Below are positions 56,085 to 64,000 of a DNA stretch of 64,000 nt, piece by piece (the stretch's first letter is position 1; each line of letters opens with the position of its first letter). The notes under the pieces were generated by a model. It was not told where the DNA came from. It saw only the letters and a list, made by a program, of their open reading frames with translations, and did no database searches. The stretch lies in the IMG/VR virus record IMGVR_UViG_3300025840_004398; one strand, written 5' to 3'. This DNA is from a virus. Its lineage: Duplodnaviria > Caudoviricetes. The position numbers were made by a program, and so were the translations under genes.

Positions 56085-56912
56085 ATGGCTTTAGACATTA
56101 ACGCAATCAGAGGTAGACTGAACAAACTACAAAACACACAACGTAAAACAGATGCACTTTGGAAACCAACTCCAGGAAAACATCAAGTAAGAATCGTTCC
56201 TTACAAGTTCAACCAAGATAATCCTTTCATTGAACTTTACTTTCACTACAACATTAACAACAAAACTTATCTTTCACCACAATCTTTTGGTAGACCTGAC
56301 CCTATTGTAGAGTTTGCTGATAAACTTAAAAGAATGGGTGATAAAGAAGATTGGAAAGCTGCAAAAGCTATGGAACCAAAACTTCGTACTTTTGTTCCTG
56401 TTATTGTAAGAGGTGAAGAAGGTGAAGGAGTAAGATTTTGGGGATTCGGTAAAACTGTTTACCAAGAAATCCTTGGGTATATCGCTGACCCTGATTATGG
56501 TGATATTACTGACCCAACAAGTGGTAGGGATTTAACAATTGAGTACAAATCAGCTGAAGAAGCTGGTACATCTTACCCAACTACAACAATTAGAGTTAAA
56601 CCAAGTGAATCTCCTATTTCAGAAGATGCATCAAGAGCAACTTCTTTCTTGGAATCACAAACTGAAATTACTGATTTATATTCAGAATTATCTTATGATG
56701 AATTAAAAACAGTATTAGAAGGTTGGTTAAATCCAAGTGGTGAAGGAGATACTGATTCTCAATCTACATCACAAGAAACACTTGCACCAAAACAAACTAT
56801 ATCAGAAGATATGGGAGGTTCTCAAGTAGTTTCTACTCCAAGTGAAACTACAACATCAACTAAGAAAACTGATGATGTAGCAGCAGCTTTTGATGATTTA
56901 TTTAACAACTAA
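56085..56912 (+). CDS. Single-stranded DNA-binding protein (T4 gp32-like)
   Basis: WKPTPGKHQVRIVP, GVRFWGFGKTVYQ, ITDP..GRD; acidic tail ending AFDDLFNN. Confidence 0.85.
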   Translation: MALDINAIRGRLNKLQNTQRKTDALWKPTPGKHQVRIVPYKFNQDNPFIELYFHYNINNKTYLSPQSFGRPDPIVEFADKLKRMGDKEDWKAAKAMEPKLRTFVPVIVRGEEGEGVRFWGFGKTVYQEILGYIADPDYGDITDPTSGRDLTIEYKSAEEAGTSYPTTTIRVKPSESPISEDASRATSFLESQTEITDLYSELSYDELKTVLEGWLNPSGEGDTDSQSTSQETLAPKQTISEDMGGSQVVSTPSETTTSTKKTDDVAAAFDDLFNN

Positions 56913-56925
56913 TTAAACCAAATTT

Positions 56926-58050
56926 ATGGCAAAGAAACAAGAAATGGACTTGGCAGACATCCTTGCGGGTGAACTGAACAAACAAGCCAAAGATAACAAA
57001 GTTGCATTTTTCCTTGATGATGACAGTGCACCTACAAACGTAGATGGATGGGTATCGACAGGATGTGCAATGTTAGATGTTGCAATTTCTAACCGCCCAT
57101 ATGGTGGATTGCCAGTTGGTAGAATAGTTGAAGTAACTGGTTTAGAACAATCAGGTAAATCACTCGTATCAGCACACCTTCTTGCAGAAACACAGAAACA
57201 AGGAGGTGTTGCGGTACTAATCGATACTGAAACCGCAGTAAGTAGAGAATTTTTGGAAGCTATCGGTGTGGATGTTTCAAAATTACTTTATGTATCTGCA
57301 GATTCAGTAGAACAAATCTTTGATATGACCGAAACTATTATTGAAAAAGTTAGGGAAACATCAAAAGATAGATTAGTAACCATTGTAACCGATTCAGTTG
57401 CAGCAGCTTCAACAACTGCCGAAATGGCATCTGATTATGGTAAAGATGGATACGCTACTGATAAAGCAATCATCATCTCAAAAGCGATGAGGAAAATTAC
57501 CAACATGATTGGTAGACAGAAAATCTTATTAGTTTATACAAACCAACTTCGTCAGAAGATGAATGCGATGCCGTTCGGTGACCCATGGACAACAAGTGGT
57601 GGTAAAGCCCTTGCATTCCATGCCTCTGTTAGATTGAGATTAAAGGGAACTGGACAAATCAAAATGAAGGTTGGTGGACAAGATAAGATTGTTGGAATGA
57701 AAGTTCGTGCACAAGTTGTAAAAAACAGAATGGGTCCACCACTTCGTTCAACTGATTTTGAAATTTACTTTGATAGAGGAATTGATAATTATGGTTCTTG
57801 GTTGAAAGTAATGAAAGATGAGAAGTTAGTTAAACAAGCAGCTGCTTGGTACACTTATGTTGATACTGAAACTGGTGAAGAACACAAATTCCAATCCAAA
57901 GACTTCATTGGTTTAATGGAAGAGAATGATGAATTGAGAGAACAAATTTATAAAAAGATATGTGAAGCACAAATCTTACAATATAAATCAGATACTCTCG
58001 ATATAGATAACATGGAAATCACCCAAGGAGGTGAAGGTATGGATGATTAA
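56926..58050 (+). CDS. recA: RecA/UvsX recombinase
   Basis: STG...LD, GGLPVGRIVEVTGLEQSGKS, IDTE, DSVAA, NQLR, TTSGGKAL.FHASVRL, KNR.GPP. Confidence 0.95.
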   Translation: MAKKQEMDLADILAGELNKQAKDNKVAFFLDDDSAPTNVDGWVSTGCAMLDVAISNRPYGGLPVGRIVEVTGLEQSGKSLVSAHLLAETQKQGGVAVLIDTETAVSREFLEAIGVDVSKLLYVSADSVEQIFDMTETIIEKVRETSKDRLVTIVTDSVAAASTTAEMASDYGKDGYATDKAIIISKAMRKITNMIGRQKILLVYTNQLRQKMNAMPFGDPWTTSGGKALAFHASVRLRLKGTGQIKMKVGGQDKIVGMKVRAQVVKNRMGPPLRSTDFEIYFDRGIDNYGSWLKVMKDEKLVKQAAAWYTYVDTETGEEHKFQSKDFIGLMEENDELREQIYKKICEAQILQYKSDTLDIDNMEITQGGEGMDD

Positions 58051-58059
58051 AAATAAGTT

Positions 58060-58287
58060 ATGAGTAAATTAGTAACAATGTTGAGAAAAAGTGCCGAAGC
58101 TGATAAAGCTAAGGCACTTCTATCTCTCGATTTATTAGACAAGAAGGCAGTTGGTATTGGTGACCACTCTACTGAAGATTTCTACAAGAACGCTGAGGAA
58201 GCACTTGGATTACTTGCAGATTCACAAGATAGATTGGAAGCACTTGAAATTTATCAACAAAGTATAGAAAAAGACCTTCTTACATGA
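58060..58287 (+). CDS. Hypothetical protein
   Basis: 75-aa helical ORF between recA and the exonuclease gene. Confidence 0.7.
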   Translation: MSKLVTMLRKSAEADKAKALLSLDLLDKKAVGIGDHSTEDFYKNAEEALGLLADSQDRLEALEIYQQSIEKDLLT

Positions 58288-59339
58288 AAGAACTATACAA
58301 GAACATTTTAGAGTCAGTTGAAACTGATAGAACCCAAAATATCAATAGACACAAAAACTCTCGTGTCCTTATTATTGATGGATTAAATACCTTTATCAGA
58401 TGTTGGTCATCTATACCAACTATGAATGATGATGGAGACCATGTTGCTGGTGTAACTGGTGTTCTTAAATCAATAGGTTATGCAATCAGACAAACTCAAC
58501 CAACTCGTGTTGTTGTAGTGTTCGATGGTAAGGGAGGTTCAACCTCTCGTAAAAAGAAATTTGGTGGTTATAAAGCCCAACGAGATTCAAACAAACTCAG
58601 AGTAAATCGTCAGTACGCTGATATGATGAACGATGAGGATGAAAGAGAATCTATGAAAAGACAATTCGTTTGGTTAAATGAAATGTTAGATAGATTACCT
58701 CTCACAACTATGATATATGATGGTGTTGAAGCTGATGATATCATGGCTTATATTACTACTAACATTCTCAAGGAAGATGAACAGGCGGTGATTATGTCAA
58801 CTGATAAGGATTTCCTTCAATTGGTTGATGATAAAACCATCGTCTGGTCACCTACCAAAAAGAAAATGTACAATAAAAATCGTGTAAAGGAAGAATTTGG
58901 TATTGAATCCAAAAACTTACTTCTTTACAGAGTTTTAGATGGTGATAAATCAGATAACATTCCTGGTGTATATGGATGTGGAATCAAAACTTTGGTAAAA
59001 AGATTTCCTGAAATTACAGAAGATGTTAAATTAGATGTAAATGATTTATTACAACTAGCAGAACAGAAAAAGGAAGAAACTAAAGGTAAGATTAAAATAT
59101 ACAATGATATCATAGAAGCTAAAAATCAAATTCTTCTTAATAGAGAATTGATGCAATTAGATGATGTGGATATTAGTGGTACTATTAAACTAAAAACTTT
59201 AGATAGATTTAATGAACCTATTAAACCATTAAATAAAATGGATTTTATGAAGGTTCTTTTAAAATACAAAGTAACATCTGCGTTTGGAGATATTAATGAT
59301 TGGTTAAAAACCACATTTGGAAATTTAATTACCGATTAA
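58284..59339 (+). CDS. 5'-3' exonuclease / flap endonuclease (T4 RNase H-like)
   Basis: LIIDGLN, VVFDG, YKAQR, EADD, STDKDFLQL, GDKSDNIPGV.GCG.KT. Confidence 0.92.
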   Translation: MKELYKNILESVETDRTQNINRHKNSRVLIIDGLNTFIRCWSSIPTMNDDGDHVAGVTGVLKSIGYAIRQTQPTRVVVVFDGKGGSTSRKKKFGGYKAQRDSNKLRVNRQYADMMNDEDERESMKRQFVWLNEMLDRLPLTTMIYDGVEADDIMAYITTNILKEDEQAVIMSTDKDFLQLVDDKTIVWSPTKKKMYNKNRVKEEFGIESKNLLLYRVLDGDKSDNIPGVYGCGIKTLVKRFPEITEDVKLDVNDLLQLAEQKKEETKGKIKIYNDIIEAKNQILLNRELMQLDDVDISGTIKLKTLDRFNEPIKPLNKMDFMKVLLKYKVTSAFGDINDWLKTTFGNLITD

Positions 59340-59371
59340 TTTGTATCTTTCAAATAATTTTCGTATCTTTG
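59340..59371 (+). promoter_or_regulatory. Bacteroidota-type sigma70 promoter (-33/-7)
   Basis: TTTG-N20-TATCTTTG. Confidence 0.8.
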
Positions 59372-59393
59372 TATCAGTTTTAAAAAAGAGTCA

Positions 59394-60755
59394 ATGCAAG
59401 AAACAGTAGATACCTTATCGAAATATGGGCAATCATTTCAATCAAAGGTTGTATCTGCACTTTTAACTGATAATAAGTTTCTCGATACCATAGGTGAAAT
59501 AACCACTACCAAGTTCTTTGAGAACGATGCTAACAAGTGGATTATTGGTGAGATACTTGAGTATCACAATGAGTTCAGAAAACCTCCTACACTTGATGTA
59601 TTTAAATCTCAGTTGTCTAAAGTAGATAATGAGATTTTAAAGAAAACTGTGGTAGACCAACTAAAACACATCTACACACAAGTTGGTAATGTAGATTTAG
59701 ATTACATAAAAAAAGAATATAGAGATTTCTGTATTAATCAAAATCTTAAAGGAGTAATCCTACGTTCAGTTGATTTACTACAAGCTGGTTCTTATGATAG
59801 AATCAAAGATTTAGTAGATGCTGCAATGAAAGTTGGACACGAAACCAACTTGGGTATGGATTATATCGAAGATTATGATGAAAGGATGCAGGATTTAAAG
59901 AGAAGTACTGTTCCAACTAAATGGGAACCAATCAACGATTTAATGGATGGTGGATTAGGACCTGGCGAATTGGGAGTAGTAGTGGCACCTTCGGGTGTTG
60001 GAAAGACATGGATTCTCACCGCAATTGGTGCAGAAGCTGTTCGGAGAGGTTTGAGTGTGGTACATTACACAATGGAATTATCAGAACACTACGTTGGTGC
60101 TCGATATGATACTGTGTTTACAGGTATTCCCTCTGCTGATTTGAAGGATAAAAAGGAAGAGGTCAAAAGTAGAATCAAGAATCTTCGTGGGAAACTTTTA
60201 ATTAAGTATTTCCCACCTAAAGGTGTTACAGTAAAGAAGTTACAACAACATATTGAGAAGATGGTTACGTTAGATAACAAGCCCGATGTTATCATAGTTG
60301 ATTATGCAGACCTCCTACTCTCAAGTTCGAGTAAGAATGACTCTACTTACCAAGAACAAGGAGGAGTGTATATTGACCTTCGAGGAATGAGTGGTGAAAT
60401 GGAAATACCTATTTGGACTGCTTCTCAAACCAACCGTTCAGCTATTGATTCAGAAGTAATTGAAGCAGATAAAATTGCTGATTCTTATGCAAAAGTAATG
60501 AACGCAGATTTCATTATGAGTTGGAGTAGAAAATCAAAAGATAAATTGAACAATACTGCTCGTGCACACATTATGAAAAACAGATTTGGACAAGATGGAA
60601 TTACTTTCCCTTGTAAAATGGATACCAATACAGGTTATATCGAAGTTTACGATGGAACATCACCAGACGGTGTTATTGCACAGAAAGAAGCAGCAAGTGG
60701 TCAATTAGAAACAAAGAAACTTCTACATAAGAAATATGTAGAAAATATGGGGTAA
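59394..60755 (+). CDS. Replicative DNA helicase (DnaB/gp41-like)
   Basis: GGLGPGEL....APSGVGKT, TMEL, IVDYADL, WTASQ.NR, KNRFG. Confidence 0.92.
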   Translation: MQETVDTLSKYGQSFQSKVVSALLTDNKFLDTIGEITTTKFFENDANKWIIGEILEYHNEFRKPPTLDVFKSQLSKVDNEILKKTVVDQLKHIYTQVGNVDLDYIKKEYRDFCINQNLKGVILRSVDLLQAGSYDRIKDLVDAAMKVGHETNLGMDYIEDYDERMQDLKRSTVPTKWEPINDLMDGGLGPGELGVVVAPSGVGKTWILTAIGAEAVRRGLSVVHYTMELSEHYVGARYDTVFTGIPSADLKDKKEEVKSRIKNLRGKLLIKYFPPKGVTVKKLQQHIEKMVTLDNKPDVIIVDYADLLLSSSSKNDSTYQEQGGVYIDLRGMSGEMEIPIWTASQTNRSAIDSEVIEADKIADSYAKVMNADFIMSWSRKSKDKLNNTARAHIMKNRFGQDGITFPCKMDTNTGYIEVYDGTSPDGVIAQKEAASGQLETKKLLHKKYVENMG

Positions 60756-60927
60756 GGGTATCAAAAAATTATCACACCCTATGATAAAAATGAAGGTTAA
60801 TATAACAAAATAAGAAACTTAAAAAATATTATCAAAAATCCATTTCGTTTTTGGATATATATGATAATTATAAACACCCACCAATCAAACGGTGGACTTA
60901 ATACTAATAATTAAAAAGGAATAATTT

Positions 60928-61098
60928 ATGGCAAATTCACAAGAAATTTTCGAACAAATCTCAGAGTTATATACTCAATTCGAAGCAGAACACAATGGAA
61001 CTACTAAAGCTGCAAAATCAAGAGCTAGAAAAGCGATTGGTGAAATTAAAAAACTTGTAACCGATTATAGAAAAGCATCAGTAGAAGAAAGTAAATAA
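60928..61098 (+). CDS. Histone H1-like Hc1-family small protein (56 aa; not in ORF track)
   Basis: KAAKSRARKA..EIKKL..DYRKASVEESK; AAGGA SD and TAATTATA at 60865-60872. Confidence 0.65.
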   Translation: MANSQEIFEQISELYTQFEAEHNGTTKAAKSRARKAIGEIKKLVTDYRKASVEESK

Positions 61099-61114
61099 TA
61101 TTAAGGTTACAAAT

Positions 61115-62110
61115 ATGAGTAAATTATTCCAAGAAAGAATTCCTTTCAAACCATTCGAATACCCAATCTATTATACAGAAGGATGGCTAAAACAAGCACA
61201 AGCGTTTTGGTTACATACTGAAATCCCTATGCAGGGTGATGTAAAAGATTGGAACGAACGATTAACCAAAGAAGAGAAAAATTTGGTTGGGAATATCCTA
61301 CTTGGATTTGCTCAAACTGAATGTGCAGTTTCAGATTATTGGACAGGGATGGTAACCAAGTGGTTTCCAAAACACGAGATAAGACAGATGGCGATGATGT
61401 TTGGTTCACAAGAAACTATCCACGCTACTGCATATTCATACTTAAATGAAACATTAGGGTTAGATGACTTCTCAGCTTTTCTGCACGAACCTGCAGTTGC
61501 TGAGAAGTTCGAACTCTTAACTCAAACTACTGCCGATTGGACACCAGAAGATTTGAATACAAATCCACAAGCAAGAAAAGAAGTGGCTCGTTCATTGGCA
61601 ATCTTCTCTGCATTTAGTGAGGGAGTTTCTCTCTACTCATCATTTGCAGTACTTTACTCATTCCAAATGAGAAACCTACTCAAAGGTATTGGACAACAAA
61701 TGAAATGGAGTGTAAGAGATGAATCTCTACATTCTAAGATGGGTTGTCAATTATTTAGAGAGATGTGTGGGGAGTTTCCAGAACTACTCGAAGAATCTAA
61801 AACTGAAATTGAAGAAGCTGCAAAATTAATTGTAGACCTTGAATCTAAGTTTATTGATAAGATGTTCGAGTTGGGTGATTTGGAAAATCTATCAGCATCA
61901 GATTTAAAAGAATTTATAAAAGCAAGAACCAACTCTAAGTTGGAGGAATTAGGATACAAAGGTATCTTTGAATACAATACAGAACAGGCAGAAAACCTTG
62001 AATGGTTCTACCACTTAACTGGTGGATTAACTCACACAGATTTCTTCGCAATCAGACCTACTGATTACTCCAAAGCAAATGAAGGTGAGGATTGGGGTGA
62101 TTTATTTTAA
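61115..62110 (+). CDS. nrdB: Ribonucleotide reductase class I beta subunit
   Basis: FW...E, FAQTE, QETIHATAY, EGVSLYSSF, RDESLH, DFF. Confidence 0.95.
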   Translation: MSKLFQERIPFKPFEYPIYYTEGWLKQAQAFWLHTEIPMQGDVKDWNERLTKEEKNLVGNILLGFAQTECAVSDYWTGMVTKWFPKHEIRQMAMMFGSQETIHATAYSYLNETLGLDDFSAFLHEPAVAEKFELLTQTTADWTPEDLNTNPQARKEVARSLAIFSAFSEGVSLYSSFAVLYSFQMRNLLKGIGQQMKWSVRDESLHSKMGCQLFREMCGEFPELLEESKTEIEEAAKLIVDLESKFIDKMFELGDLENLSASDLKEFIKARTNSKLEELGYKGIFEYNTEQAENLEWFYHLTGGLTHTDFFAIRPTDYSKANEGEDWGDLF

Positions 62111-62119
62111 ATAAAAGTT

Positions 62120-62422
62120 ATGACATTAAATGAATTAGAAGTTAAGATTCGTGATTGGGCGATTGAACGAAACATTGATAAAAGTGAGAACGCACCAAAA
62201 CAGATGATTAAGATTATGGAAGAGTTGGGAGAAACCTCTGCAGCACTTCTAAAAAAGAATGAACCCGAATTGAAAGATGGTATTGGTGATATACTCGTAA
62301 CAGTTATTATCTTTGCACAACAATTAGGTTACACTCCAGCCGAATGTTTAGAAGCTGCTTGGAACGAAATAAAAGATAGAAAAGGAAAAACCAAAGACGG
62401 AGTATTTGTCAAAGATGAATAG
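62120..62422 (+). CDS. MazG-like nucleotide pyrophosphohydrolase
   Basis: KIMEELGE, DGIGDILV, AWNEIKDRKG. Confidence 0.85.
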   Translation: MTLNELEVKIRDWAIERNIDKSENAPKQMIKIMEELGETSAALLKKNEPELKDGIGDILVTVIIFAQQLGYTPAECLEAAWNEIKDRKGKTKDGVFVKDE

Positions 62423-62553
62423 GAATACAGAAAACATGAAAAATAGATGGAATAGAAGAATGGCGGGTTCTATCTTATCTCCAAATCCAACCGGTATGTT
62501 GGTAGATATTGCATTAAGAGCAATAAAATATAATAAAATAAAAAAACAAAGAA

Positions 62554-64000
62554 ATGGCTAAAAACTACGGTGAAGATTTAGGTTGGGAATTAGATGTTGA
62601 TTTCCCATCATGGGGTAACACAGAGATTTATGTAAAGACAATCTCTAAAGGATACTTACTTGCTGGTGAAAAACCTAAAGATGCTTATTGGAGAGTTGCA
62701 ACCAAAGTTGCACAAAGATTAAACAAACCACATATGGCATCTAAATTCTTCGATTATATTTGGAAAGGTTGGTTGAACTTAGCAACCCCAGTCCTTTCAA
62801 ATACTGGTACTGATAGAGGATTACCTATTTCTTGTTTTGGTATCGATGTAGCCGATTCTATTTATGATATTGGTAAAAAGAACTTAGAACTAATGTTACT
62901 TGCCAAACATGGTGGTGGTGTTGGTATTGGAATCAACCAAATCAGACCTGCTGGTTCTAACATTACAGGTAATGGAACATCAGATGGTGTTGTACCATTC
63001 ACAAAAATATATGATTCAACTATCTTAGCAACCAACCAAGGTTCAGTTCGTAGAGGTGCAGCTTCAGTAAACTTAAACATCGAACATAGTGATTTCGAAG
63101 AGTGGTTAGAAATCAGAGAACCAAAGGGAGATGTAAACAGACAATCACTCAACCTTCACCAATGTGCAGTTGTTGGTAATAAGTTTATGAGAAAACTTCA
63201 AGATGGTGATGAAACCGCAAGAAGAAAATGGGGTAAACTCTTACAGAAAAGAAAAGCAACTGGTGAACCTTATATCATGTTTAAAGGGAATGTAAACAAC
63301 GCAAACCCTGAAATGTATAAGAAGAATGGATTAAAAGTATTCATGACTAATATCTGTTCTGAAATCACTCTACATACAGATGAGAACCACTCATTCGTTT
63401 GTTGTTTATCTTCAGTAAACCTTGCAAAGTACAACGAGTGGAAAGATACTGATTTAATTTATACTGCAACTTGGTTCTTAGATGGAGTACTTTCAGAATT
63501 TATCCAAAAGGCTAAGAACATGAGAGGATTCGAAAACTCAGTTGCATCTGCTGAAAAAGGTAGAGCATTAGGATTAGGAGTATTAGGATGGCACACTTAC
63601 TTACAACAACAAGGTATTCCATTTGAAGGAATGGAAGCACAGTTTGAAACTCGTAAGATTTTCTCCCAAATTAAAATCGAATCAGAGAGAGCATCAAGAG
63701 ATATGGCATCTGAAATGGGTGAACCACTATGGTGTAAAGAAAGTGGAATGAGAAATACCCACCTTCGAGCAATTGCACCAACAGTTTCAAACTCGAAACT
63801 AAGTGGTAATGTATCTGCTGGTATTGAACCATGGGCAGCAAACATATTTACTGAACAAACTGCAAAAGGAACTTTCATTAGAAAAAACCAAGAGTTAGAA
63901 AAGGTACTAAGAAAAGCTGGTATCAATAACAAAGATACTTGGGATAAGATTATGGAAGATGGTGGTTCAGTACAAGATTTAAAAGAATTAGATAATTGGG
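62554..64000 (+). CDS. nrdA: Ribonucleotide reductase class I alpha subunit (truncated by window end; not in ORF track)
   Basis: ATPVLSN.G..RGLPISCF, KHGGGVG, NQG..RRGA, TNICSEI, CCLSS.NL, LGLGVLG, AIAPT.SNS. Confidence 0.95.
   Translation, partial: MAKNYGEDLGWELDVDFPSWGNTEIYVKTISKGYLLAGEKPKDAYWRVATKVAQRLNKPHMASKFFDYIWKGWLNLATPVLSNTGTDRGLPISCFGIDVADSIYDIGKKNLELMLLAKHGGGVGIGINQIRPAGSNITGNGTSDGVVPFTKIYDSTILATNQGSVRRGAASVNLNIEHSDFEEWLEIREPKGDVNRQSLNLHQCAVVGNKFMRKLQDGDETARRKWGKLLQKRKATGEPYIMFKGNVNNANPEMYKKNGLKVFMTNICSEITLHTDENHSFVCCLSSVNLAKYNEWKDTDLIYTATWFLDGVLSEFIQKAKNMRGFENSVASAEKGRALGLGVLGWHTYLQQQGIPFEGMEAQFETRKIFSQIKIESERASRDMASEMGEPLWCKESGMRNTHLRAIAPTVSNSKLSGNVSAGIEPWAANIFTEQTAKGTFIRKNQELEKVLRKAGINNKDTWDKIMEDGGSVQDLKELDNW

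Noticed and set aside
62415-62561. 48-aa ORF between the MazG-like gene and nrdA
   Set aside because: It fills the gap with coupled overlaps but has no recognisable motif or start signal; not supportable as a gene.
305-63932. All minus-strand ORFs and short out-of-frame plus-strand ORFs in the track (e.g. 4081-4800, 2404-2877, 17637-18086, 8478-8693, 16331-16573, 46511-46849, 59921-60109)
   Set aside because: They lie wholly within long, motif-supported + strand genes and mirror their codon bias and repeats; no independent motifs or starts.
56926-64000. Inteins or introns in RecA, helicase, NrdB or NrdA
   Set aside because: Conserved motifs are contiguous at normal spacing, with no insertions in the visible parts.
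1-64000. tRNA, rRNA, integrase or transposase genes
   Set aside because: No cloverleaf or GTTCRA patterns in the short intergenic gaps and no recombinase or transposase motifs were recognised; tRNAscan/Infernal would be needed to exclude them formally.

Overview
A 64-kb segment of a large, AT-rich, lytic contractile-tailed phage (T4-like/jumbo myovirus type). All credible genes are on the + strand. 1-27.9 kb: a cluster of very long Ser/Gly/Thr-rich tail-fibre/receptor-binding paralogues built from shuffled modules (two with Peptidase_S74 chaperones), plus a thioredoxin, a free-standing S74 domain, a glycosyltransferase and a Hint-FN3 protein. 28-40 kb: tail sheath, tube, assembly chaperone with a probable programmed frameshift, tape measure and baseplate genes. 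40-55 kb: accessory and early genes (PhyH and 2OG oxygenases, LPD29, short PolA, lipoprotein nuclease, HNH, ThyA). 55-64 kb: replication and nucleotide genes (DUF1599-like, gp32-like SSB, RecA, 5'-3' exonuclease, helicase, Hc1-like, NrdB, MazG-like, NrdA truncated by the window edge). Seven TTTG-N20-TAnnTTT(G/A) promoters point to a Bacteroidota host. A second motif, TA(T/C/A)TTATA, precedes structural genes, most of which also carry Shine-Dalgarno motifs. The most striking element is ORF 53226-55232: a circularly permuted ATP-grasp ligase fused to two oppositely specialised Hint domains that bracket a 29-aa Cys/aromatic-rich peptide, suggesting a self-excising RiPP-like system. All family assignments come from motifs recognised by eye; no searches were run.
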